A DNA stretch of 64,000 bases, taken from NCBI GenBank assembly GCA_963764165.1, contig CAVXRD010000001.1:160001-224000 (forward strand), written 5' to 3'. The position numbers were made by a program, and so were the translations under genes. The stretch comes from an uncultured Verrucomicrobiae bacterium (GTDB lineage: Bacteria; Verrucomicrobiota; Verrucomicrobiia; Limisphaerales; Palsa-1400). The notes under the pieces are model-generated. The model did not search any database. It was not told the DNA's origin and was given only the letters and a program-made list of their open reading frames with translations. Positions 1-12,000 of this stretch are shown here, piece by piece (positions within the stretch are counted from its first letter, which is position 1; every line of letters starts with the position of its first letter).

Positions 1-3000
1 GATAATTGCTGACGCTGGACAGACGCCCCAAAAAGTCATAGCCGTAGCCCACGCTTACATCCGGCGGACCGCCGGATATGGCCACCACGCCCGGACTGTA
101 AGCCTGCATGGTCTGCACCTGATTATTGGGTGTGTAGGTATATTGAAGAGCGCCTTCGGGACAGGTCTTGACGATCAGCCGGCCCACATTGTCATAAACA
201 TAATCCTCCTCTCGGAGAAGGCTTCCGCTGTTCGTAATCCAGACGTGGCTTAATTGGCCGCCAGGCAGATATGCATATGTTTCCGTTGTGGTTGTTTCCC
301 CAAGGTTAATCGGCGGCAGAACCTTGGTAGCTATCCGCCCCACCACGTCTTCGGTCGTGACGATGGTTTTGCCGCGGAAATCCGTCACCGAAGTTTGTTG
401 CACTTTGATACTCGAACCGTTGGTCAGAGGGACGTCGGCGTAGGCGGTGATTTCGGCGGAGCCGTCGGGCAGGATGCGCATGGTGCGTCGGCCCAGGGCG
501 TCGTATTGGTATTGTGTGAGGTTGCCGTTGGCGTCGCTCTGCGAGAGTTGGTTGCCGCGCTCGTCGTAGGTGTACTGGTAGGTCAGTTGACCGGAAGAAG
601 CTGTGTCCAGGATGACTGAGGTCAGCAATCCACGGTAATCGTAGGTGTAGGCTGTCTTAACTCCCGCCTCGTCTGTCGTCCCAATTTTGTTCCCGGCCCC
701 GTCATACGCAATGGCCGTCTGATGGCGCGTCCCGTCGGCCAGCACCGGATACGTCGTCAACACCAGCCGGTTGGCCGTGTCATATAAATAATCTGTTTCG
801 TGGCCGTTGGCGTCAATCATCGCGATCTGGTTGCCATTGGGGTCGTAAAAATACTGCGTCGAGTTCGTGCCGCCGGTGGGCGCGATGGTTTGATTAATGC
901 TTGACAGGTTCACCGTGTAATTGGTGTAAACCAGCACGTTGGTGCGGCGTCCGGCGGCATCATAACTGTATTGCGTGACGTTGCCATTGGCGGCCATGGA
1001 ATATCGCACACGACCGGCCAGATCATAGACCGTCCGCGTGAAGGAGACAAGCGTTCCCGCGCTCGTGTTGGTCATTCCGTAAATGGTGTCCGCTCCCGAG
1101 CGGGTGATGAGAGCGGTGTTCGTCTGCCTGGTCAGCGACACACCCGAAAGCCGCTCCACACAAACCACCCGCCCTGCTCCGTCGTAGACATTCAAGCTCG
1201 CGGCATTGGTGGTCGCGCCGCCCGTGCCAGGCACGGACCGATCCTGCGTGTAGAGAACATGATTCAACTCGTCATACGTCATCCGCGAAACCGTCCCGTC
1301 CGGATACGCCGTTTCGATCAAATTCCCCGCCGCGTCGTAGGTGTTGGTGGTGGAGCGATTGTCCACGTCCGTCGTGATGTAGGGATGCCCGGCGTGGTCA
1401 TAAATCGTCGTGCTGATGCGGCCAATCGCATCAATTGTGGCCACCAGGCGATTCTCCGCGTCATATTGGTATTGCGTCACGATGGGCGTGTTTGGAACGC
1501 CATTGACGGTCGCCGTCGTGGTCTCGGAAGTCCGGTTGCCGTTGGCGTCGTAAGTGTAACTGGTCGTCGAGACAGGCATTCCACTGCCAGACGGCCATTG
1601 CTGCGTCATCGACGCGACTTCGCCCGAGCTGTTCGGCTGCGGCTGGCCGCTGCCGGGATAATATGCATAGGAGGTCGTCACCGGATATGACACGCCTGGC
1701 GATTGCTGCGTCGAGCTGGCCACCAACCCGCCCGCCGCCACGCCGTTAATTCCCATGATGGCCGGCGCGTAAGTCATCGACGATTGCGAGCCGGTCGGGT
1801 CTTGCGATTGCAGCAGATTGCCACTGGACGGATCGTAAACATTGGTCGTGCCGTTGCCATTGGCGTCCGTCGACAACGTCGGCTGACCCATCACGTTCAA
1901 CTGCACCGACGTCGAATTTCCCAGCGCATCCGACTGGCTGATGGGCCGGTTCAACGAATCGTATTGGGTCTTCTGCGAATTGCCGTAGCTATCGGTCTGC
2001 GCGGTCACATTGCCATTGTTGTCATAAGTATAGGTCGTGCCCGTGTAACCCAGATCGCTGATCGGCTGCAACACACTGCCGACAGCGCCGGACGGAGCGT
2101 AATTCACCGTCACCGTCTGGTTCGACCCGCTGACCATGCGCGACACCGTTTGCACTGTGGTTGTTGGGTTGTAAGTGTAAATGGACGTGTGCAGGAAGGC
2201 ATCAAACTGATTCGAGAGCGAACCATCGCCAGCGGCAGAATACAGATTGCTGGTCACCAAGATTCCACGCCCGTCGAACACCTGCGTGAGCCGATTCGTG
2301 TTCACGTCATTGTTCGAATCATATCCGTAAGTCGTCCGCTCGAAACCGCCCGTGGCGTAATTGGTGACCTTGTCCACCTCCATCAAAAGGCCATTGGTCG
2401 GATTCGCGCCCTGCACCAAATAACGCACCACCCAATTGGTGGCATACGCCCCACTATGCATCCCCGCCGACGCATCGACGCTATCGGAGACGTTGATCCA
2501 CGTCTCCGGCGGGCTGGTGTTGGTAATTGTGGTATAACTGAATTGAATCACCCGCCCATTGGAGTGCTGCATGGCCGTCAGCCGGTTGAGGTTGTCATAG
2601 CCATAACTGAGTGAATTGCCATTCGCGTCCGTAATCTGTTTCAGCAGCCACACCCCCGAAGGCTGAATGAACTGATAGGTTGTATTGGCTGCGGTGGTGT
2701 AGACAAAGGTATCAGGGCTAAACTGAGTTGTCTGGTTGTCAGGGTCTCCAGTTAAAAAGAATGTGTTATGGCCCCAAGTATTCAAATCGTCTGAATAGCC
2801 CAAGCTCGCCGTCCCCTGCATTGCCTCGGTGCACGTCAAAGTGCCCTCATTCGGGATGCACGGCTGAAAGGACAGTGACAGGCCCGACCCCTGAGGGTCA
2901 TCGGCCGGCGCCAAAGTCGGCGAAAAGTAAGCAGAAGCGCCGCCGGGAAGCGTAAGAGTGACCAGATGGCTTGTTGTCTCCGCAGCGTAGGCGACTCCAG

Positions 3001-6000
3001 AATAGTCGAAACCAGCTTCGATCCACCCATTAGCCAGATTTCCATTGGCGACTTGGACGGAGGCGACACTCCAACTAGGCGTCCAGCCAATCCCTAGATT
3101 ACCCGGGCTATTGGTAATCTGGCTCGTGTAAGAACGGGAAATCGACAAGGGCAATCCCGGCGCGGGCAATTGCAGATCGGTCGCTGAGGTTTGATACATC
3201 GTCAGCGGCGGTTGAACGAGCATTGTCATGGTGCAGGTGGCAGATGTGAACGTCGCGCCGTTTTGGTAGTCTCCAAGCAGCGCCACGGTCGGCGAAACCG
3301 GAAGAGTCACCGCCTGCGCCGTCACCGCATGCGTTCCACCCGGCACATTGAACCACGTCATTTGCGCCACCGGCCCCGGCGCGGAGCCAATCGCGTTCGG
3401 CCCGTCATAGAACGTCACCATCGCCCCGGCCCCGTTGGTCGTTTGCACCGACGCCGTCAGCGTCAAATTCGTGGGCCCCACATTCGTAATGGAACCGTTC
3501 GTAGCCGGCACAACATACGTGCCCACAGTCAATACGATTGGATTAGCATCCGGAGCGCTGAATATGTTTGAGTACAGCACCGAAGCCGAGGAAACCCCGC
3601 TGATCTGCCCCTGCTGGTTGACATCCACCAAATCAAACCAAAACACCGTATTGTCAACCGTGTTGCTCGGGACTGGAAACGAGAAGGCCGTGCCCGGTCC
3701 CGAATAAATGAGATAATCCGGCGGCAGCGACCAGGAAAGCCGGTAGCTCGCCGCCCCGCTGACCGGCGACCACGAAAGCAGAATGTTCGACGACCCGCAC
3801 GCGGCCGTGAAATTCTGCGGCGGCATGCTCGCCAGCGTGGCCGAGGCCACGATGGCAATCGGCGCGGAATCCACCGTTGTGCCAAAAGGCGTCGCGGCCT
3901 CGACCACATAATAATTGGTCACGCCATTTTGAACCGGCGAACAGATGAACGACGTTCCGTAAGTGTTTCCCAGCGCCGTGTAAGGCCCCCCCGCCGAGGG
4001 CCCGCTCTTGATGAAATAGCTGGCCGCGCCGATCCCATTCCATTGCAGCGAGACATAACCGTTCCCCGGTGTTCCGATGGCCGTCAGGATGCCCGTCGCC
4101 GAAGGCGTGACGTTGGTGGCCACCGCCCTGAAACAGTTGAAATTGCTGTCGAAGGCCGTGACCCGGTAGGCGTAGGTCACGCCATTTACAACATCATAAT
4201 CATAGTAGGCCAGGCCGTATCCTGTGCCGCTTAGCACCTGGTAGGAAGCATCCGTATTGGTCTGGAATTTCCTCTCCACAAAACACTGATACTGCGGAGG
4301 GTTGCCCAGCGACTCCCAATGCAGGTAGACCAGGCTGTCGAAACCAGTCGCGGCGAGCGTGAAGTTGGTTGAAATGTTGGTTGACAAACCAAGCGTGTTT
4401 GAGGGCGTGGCCGAGGCAAATGCAGGCTTGCCCAGCACGTAATCAAAATAACTCCAATTTGTGTTCGCATTCGTCACTTCGTAGAGCACCTCCGGCGTCA
4501 CCTGATAATTGTAAGTCGTGTCATTGCTCAGCCCCAGATGCCAAAACCTGGTGTCATTGAGATTGGTGGCGACGAACGCGAAGTTAGTAGATCCATTCGT
4601 GTTAAATCCAACGTTGTAAGACGTCGCATTCGAGACCGCCTGCCACTCCAAATACACCTGTTCATTGCCCGCCACGGCAACCACCTTAAGCGGCGCCCCG
4701 ATGTTACTGAGGTCGGCGCACTCTGATATCGGCCCGACAATGGTTGAATAGATCCCAGGCTCACCATTCGACACGGCGCAAACCCTGAACCAATAGATAT
4801 ATTCAGGTATCAATCCCACGTCGTTGGTCATATTGTAAGTATAAGTATCGGTTGAGATGTTGCTCAGGCTCGATGCGGAGTAGAATACAGGCCAGGGAAA
4901 CGATGACGCTGTAGGCGCTTGCTTATTTTGATCGTCTTGACGGCAGACATATGTTTCAATATCAAACCCGTCCAGCCCGCTCGTCGCGTCAAACTGCCAC
5001 GTTAATTCGATTTCACCGTTCTGCGGGACCCAGTTGGTCAAGATGATGGGGGCTGGAACGCAGGTTGAGGGGTCCAGCGCAATAGGGCCATTGGTGATGG
5101 ACGGCGGGCCAAAACCCGCGCCATTTCCAGCCACGACATAATAGTAGTAGTTAACGCCGCCCTCCGCCGATATATCAAGATTCGACTCAACCGTTGTTTC
5201 ATTAATGATGGAGTACGGGCCGCTAAGGCTGGTGCTTCGGCAAACCTGATACACCGTCGCGCCGTCTACAGCATACCAAACCAGGTGGATGTCCTGGCAC
5301 TGCGAATCAATGCCATAATTCGTCGACCCGTATAAATAGGAAGAGCTCCATATCACGTTGGTCGGCGGCGGATAAGGCGTCGCCGAGGCTTGGTCAGACT
5401 GCGGCGTTTCACTGCCCGCATACATTGCTGAAACAGTGTAATAATAAGTCGTCCCATTGCTTAGCCCGACATCGAGGAACGAGTTGCTCGTTGAGGTTCC
5501 AACGACTCCGTACGTCCCTCCGTTCGTCAATGAGCGATAAACATTGTAATAAGCCGCTCCTGGAAACGAGGCCCAATTGAGCTGAATTTCCGTGCTCAAT
5601 GGCGTCGCCACCAACTGCCTTGGCCGATCCGTAACGACGGACCCGCACGCAAAGACCGACTGCCATCCAATCCAAACGTTGGTTGCAAACTCAATATTGG
5701 GATTCAAGATTGGTTGAGCCGACTGGTAGTCAGGATAATTATAATCGAAACCATTTTGGTCGAACTCGAGATCACCCCATTCCCATACGTTGCCGGATGA
5801 GTCCAGGGCGACGCACGAATCCCACGCCACATCGATTTTGATGATGTTTGACAATCCGTAAACCTGGACGGGATTCGTATACACGCCGCTGGAAGCATCA
5901 TAGCCTTGGGCCGCAAGCCCCCACTGCCAGACAGTTCCATCTGACATCAGGGCCAGCGAGTATAGCCCGCCTGCGCCGATCGAGACAACGTTGGTTGGGA

Positions 6001-9000
6001 GCCCAGGTGCTTGTTGAGGAACATTGGTGAATCCGCAATCGAGAGGAGGCCCGAAAATGCAGCCATTGAGCAAAGCCAGCCGCGGCACAAATCCAAATTC
6101 CCACACCGTTCCATTAGATCTAAGGGCCATGTAGTGCGAGGCCGAAGCCGACACTTGTATTACTGGGGAGCCCGTGTCAAAGTCCGTCACCCTGGTCGGA
6201 ACTTCATCCGGCCCTCCGAAAAGGGTGAAAAACCCCGCATTTACGACATTATAGTCGTCTAGATCTGTATCGAGCGACTGCATTTCTCCCCAGCACCAGA
6301 CGGAGCCATCGACACCCAGGGCCAAGGCTGACATAGCCTTGTCTGAAGCGACCTCAGCCACCGAGATTTGTTCCCCTTGCGCGTTCGTGATTCCAGTAAT
6401 GGGGTTTGCCTTAAAGGTGCCCACTCCTTGGAATGTATTATTGCCTTCCCACTCGTCAAGCTCTCTCCCAATCTCTCCAAACTGGAGGTCGCCCCAGCTC
6501 CAAATTGTTCTATTTGTGCCCACAGCCCTGATGGCGTAGATCGCGAGATAGCCCAGCGAGACGTCAACAGTGTTTGTCCAAGGCGCCAGCACGCCGGTGT
6601 CATTCGACATTTCCACGAGAATTGGGGTGGTAAAGTAGGGCAGAAGCTCGTTGGTTCCCACGCCCTCGCCGAAGATTCCGTAAGCGGCGGTCATGGATCC
6701 CCACATAAGGAGATTTCCGGCTTCGTTCACCGCAGCTCCCCCATCAAACGGATCGTGGCTAAATGCCTTTAGATTCGTCAACCCGATGGATTGGACAGGA
6801 GTTGACACCGAAAGCGGATTTGTCCATGGCCACGCCTTGGATGGCAGGTCTGGGGTGGGAATCGGCAAGGAAGCGAAGTTCCCATCCGCCAGACTGCCCC
6901 ACTTGTTATTTCCCCACCCTAGCATAACCGTGGGTGGCAGCGGGATGATCGGCACCGGCACTTGATTTGTAGACAGCATGGCGCCGTCCGAAACGCGGAC
7001 GAAAAAGGCGGGAACGGCTATGCCTTGGTGGCTGATCCCGGGCGTCCATGCCATCGTGCTTTGGCTGTTAAACGTGCAATTGGGTTTTGAGGCGGTCGGT
7101 GGCGCAAACGGCGTTCCGTTGATGACCAGGGTGCCATTTGTCACCGTTTCAATTTCAAAATAGAATGGCCAGCCGTTCGGATCCCGCGCGTCGGACTTGT
7201 TCGTCACAGCCGCAAACGACACGCCGTAGGCCCCTCCTCCAATAGAACTGCACCAAACATTCGATACGCTGGAAATCGTCGGCGGCAACGCGGCATTCGT
7301 CACTAACAGAACAACCGACGAGCTGGTGACGCTGGTGTAACCATTGGCAATGATCACCGAGTACGTTCCTGAATCGTTGGTGTGAACCTGGAGCAGCGTC
7401 AGCACATTGCTTTCGCCGCCGATGACGCTGCCCACGCCGCTGACCAGATTGCCATAGCCCGCCTTCGACCATTGATAGGTAACGCCGCAAGACCCATTTT
7501 GAGCCACAGCAAAGACTGCGTTGCCACCAGAGGCCATGGTCAGGTTGGTCGGCTGTCGGAAGATCGAAATCGTGGTTGGGTCTGAGATGGTGATGGCAGC
7601 GGTCAAACTCGTGACCGCGCCATAACTGTTCGTGACAATTACGGTGAAAGAATTCGTCCCAACGTTCGTGCAAGCCGCAGTGTAGTTGGATTGTGTGGCC
7701 CCCGCGATATTGGTGCCGCTCAATTGCCATTGATAAGCGAGTGGGAGTGAGCCGTCCACGGCGACAGATAGCGTCACCGGCGTTCCAAGACACGTTCCTT
7801 GGGTTTCCGGCTGCGACACAATGACCGGCGGCGTGCTGGCCGGAGCGATGATTTGGACAAGAACGTTCGTGCTGCTGTTTCCACCGCAACTGTCGGAGAC
7901 TTCCACCGAGTAAAGTCCGGTGTTCGCGTATTCGGCGTTTGATATCGTATAACTGCTGGCGGTTGCTCCGCTGATGGAGCTGCCGTTGAATGACCACTGA
8001 TATCCAAGCGTTCCCATCGCTCCCGGTGCCGCGGCGCTCAGCGTGACAGTGCTGCTCAAATTCGTCGTCACCGGTCCGGGACTGACATAAAGATTGGTCG
8101 GCAGGGCGCTGACGCTCACGACTGCGGAGGCCGAATCTGATCCATACGCATTTGTAACAATGACCTTGTAAGTCTGCGTTGCGCTCGTCGCTGAGACGGC
8201 GCCTATGCTCAGCGCCCAATTTGTTGAAACGGTGTTGGTTATTGGCGCGTCGTTCAGATACCACTGGTAATGGAATGTTGAAGCCCCGCCCGCCACCACT
8301 TGCAGCGTAAGAAATTCTCCTTCGCAGACAGTCCGGTTTGTCGGCGGAACGACAATGAAAGGTGACTGATTGTAGCAGTCAGGAACGGACAGTGTCGCAA
8401 TGGAGCTGGTCACGGTGCCATTTGTATTCGAGACAACTACCGAATAGTAGTTGGTGCTTGGGTAAAAGCTCGTTATCGATATCGAGTCATTGGTAGCGCT
8501 GGAAATCGCGAATCCGTTGGACATCCATTGAAACGAGATAGGCTTGCATCCTGATACATCCACCCAGAGATTAACCTCCTTGCCTGGACAAATCGTCTGG
8601 CTGACCGGTTGCGTTTTAATGACTGGCGACCACACGTTGGTTGGCCCAAGGTTGGTGTTGACATCGACTTGAATTGGGGATGAAATCTCAGCTCCCACAG
8701 CGTTCCAAATCACACAGTCGTAGGTACCTGCGTTCGTGACATTTGCTGTGGGAATTAAACAGCCCGCAATGTTCGCAAACGTGCATTTCTGCGCACACGG
8801 GTCGAATGAGGTTCTCGCCGGCCACCCGTTAATATAACCATTGGCGTTTGGAATTGGTTGACCGTTGAACCGCCATTGGTAGATGATCGGGAAGTAGTTT
8901 GGCGCCACTGGCAGGCCGAAAGGCTCAACCCACCGAAGAAAGGGGTAAAGCCAGAGATCGGGCGCATCTTGCCACCAGGTTGGATCGTAATTCCACCAAA

Positions 9001-12000
9001 GGCCCAGAGCATCCAAAGAGCGCGGGAGGACATCCAAGGTCAAAATCAAAGGAGAACCTTCATCGACATTTGTGGAACTGGGCTGCCACTTGACCAACGG
9101 CGGTGATTCCACCCAACTAACCCCGAATTCACCCTCGACATACTGCAATGGATAGTTGCAGAGCGCCCAAATTGTCGGAGGGTGAGGTATGATATAATCA
9201 GCCCCCGGACACCACTGAAGTGCCGATGGATCAATGATTGGATATGCGTAATAGGTATAGGCCTCGATCCCCGTCTGGACTGTCATTGGGGGGCTGATAT
9301 TGGTTCCGCAGGAGCCGATAATTTCCAGCTGAATTGTTCCCGCCTTGCCAATATACGCGCTCGGGTCAAGATATGAGTTAGTGGCTCCCGGGATGGGGCT
9401 GGCGTTGGCCAGCCATTGGTAGGTGACGTTGGGGGAATTGGTTGCCGCAACCATATCCCCTGGGATCAAAGCTGCTCCAACGTCAAGATCGTACGGCACG
9501 CCTTCCAGATAGTTAAATTGCCCTTCGACGGTTCCTGATCCGACCCAGTTTATGATGTTCCACGCATTTGGAAACTCGGCCAGTTCGGTATCTGGCATGC
9601 CATAGGGCAATGAATCTGAAGAGTTTGAGAGCACTCCCCAGTAAACAAATTGCGCGTCCTGCATGGCCATCAGGAGATTTGTCGTGCACGTGACGGTTTG
9701 GTAGCCATTGCTCGCCACCAAGGCGTAATTTCCCAGATCGGTTGACTGAAAATTGGAAATCGTGAGGGTGGCTGAATTTGCCCCGCTTATCTGCGTGTTG
9801 TCCGTCAGATTGACGCCGTTAAGCTGCCATTGAAGACTTAGCGGCTCAATCCCATTGACCGTAGATCTGAGAGTGACGGTGGCCCAGGTGCAGATGCTCG
9901 TTGGGGTTGCCGCGATTGTGGGCGTCAAGTCGATTGGACAATTATATGTCGTCAGCTCATCAAGCTGGCCGCGCATTTGGTTCGTGCCGGTGTGATCGCT
10001 GCCAATGCTGAATCCGTAGAGCTCGCGCTGCGCAATCGTGGGGTAATTGGTCACTCCCGGACCAATTTGCGCCACAGTTCCATCCAAAATTAAGGACGTT
10101 TGATCCGGGCCGTAATTGAGCGTCACTTGATGCCACGCATTCGACGTCCAATTTGTGATGGACACGGCGATGTTGGTCGTAGCAACCAAATTGGAACTGG
10201 TCGCGAAATAAAGCCATGAACCGGCCGAATCCACAAAAAGCGACCACCAGCCATTGGTTGAACTGGCATCGCCCAATTGCAGAAGTGTTCCGTGCGCTCC
10301 CCCGGGGCCGGAACCACCGTTCCAATCCGGCGCGAACCAGAAATTTACCGCCCCGTTAATGCAGTTGATGTTCAGGGTGCCGTTTGCTTGGGCGTATGGA
10401 TAACTCAGATTGGCGGAAATATTGGTATCGACCTTAAGAGCGTTAGTCCAAGGACTGGCAGGATTCTGGAGGCCGTAGCTCGCCAAAGGCTGCTGGCCGG
10501 GGCTTCCGACCCAAGGGCCGCCCGCATTTCCCTCGTTGAAGCTCCAATAGCCGAGGAGCAACGCATTTGTATTCGAACAGTTTTGCTCCACATCACCGTC
10601 TTCAAACACACTGATGATGTTGGTGATCGCCGATGTTCCCGATTGGCAGACGACGGTGAAGATTCCGGGCTGCGCGAGCGAAATATACGTGATATTGGTC
10701 AGCTGCCCGTCTAGCGACCACACCGCAGGCAAGCCGCTTGCGGGCAGATTCGGCGACGATTTGGCGACAATTTCCAAATTGCTGGAAGAAACGGGAATGG
10801 AATATGTCAGCAACGTAGCATTGCTGGAAGTGAACGGGTAGTTCGTCGGCGGCGCCAGCGAGGCAACTTCCACAACGGTGAGGCTGGCATTGGAGCTGGT
10901 GGCTGTTCCAGCCACATTTGTAACGCAGACCGAATAAGTTCCCGAGTTGGCCAGCTGCGCGTTTGCGACGGTGTAAGAACTCGAAGTGGCAGTGGATATA
11001 TTGGTTCCGTTGAGCATCCACTGATAGGATAGCGGAGTGCTCCCGGCTGATGGTGCGCTGAAGATGACAGTTGCCCCGAGGCCCACGACCTCGCTGGCGG
11101 GCTGCGCCACTAAATAGGGAGGACCGACCGGCAAACCGTTTGTTCCAAGAGCAGGATAGTGAAACCCGATGCTGACAGCGTTTGTTCCGTCAATCGTGTT
11201 GTTTGTCATCACGGTGAAATAAGACAACTCGGCCGCGGAAGCTGACTGGCTCCCGGCATTTATCAGTGTCAAATTTGTCGGTGAAAATATGCTTGGATAA
11301 TAGTAAGGTCCGAACGCTCCGCTCTGAAACGCAGGGCTGCTACTCAGAATGACAGCGTTGTTTTCAGGGGGCACAACACCGTAGTTTGTGGTGACGTAGG
11401 CGTTGTTGCTGCACACGTCCATCGGTTTCTGCGTGCCGCTGCCCTGGGCAAACGCTGTTTGGTCAAGCAGGTTGTCGCGCACCGAGAATATGCCGGAGTT
11501 ACGGTGGGTGATCGTCAGGGAACCATTCCAAAATAAATTATTCTCCGCCGTAATCGGGATATTCGAACCGAGGTCGCTTAACGTGACCGCCGCGCGTTGG
11601 AAAAGGCAGTTCGTCAACGCGGCAGGCATGAATTTTAGGTTCACAGTTGCGTTGAAAACCTGGCAGTTTTGGAGAACGACAGGCATCGCAGCATCTTCCG
11701 GATAGACTGCCCCGTCCAACGAGAGGGTCGAGAATTCCGTGAATGAAAATGCCGCCGAGGAGGAATCCGTCTGCACAGGCGTGATCAAATTTCCCTGCCA
11801 CGCAACGGTCGGCCAGCACCAGTTCGTATTGGATTGCTCCTGCACCGTGTTATATTTCACGAATAAAGCTGGGCTGGTCGCGTTGCCCTCGAAATTGAGA
11901 ATTCCGTTTGCATAAAGCCAAAACCCGTATTCAAGTCCGAACGCCGCAACGGCTGTCCCTGGGAGCACAGTTACGGTGGCGTTTGAGATCGCGGCGTTCA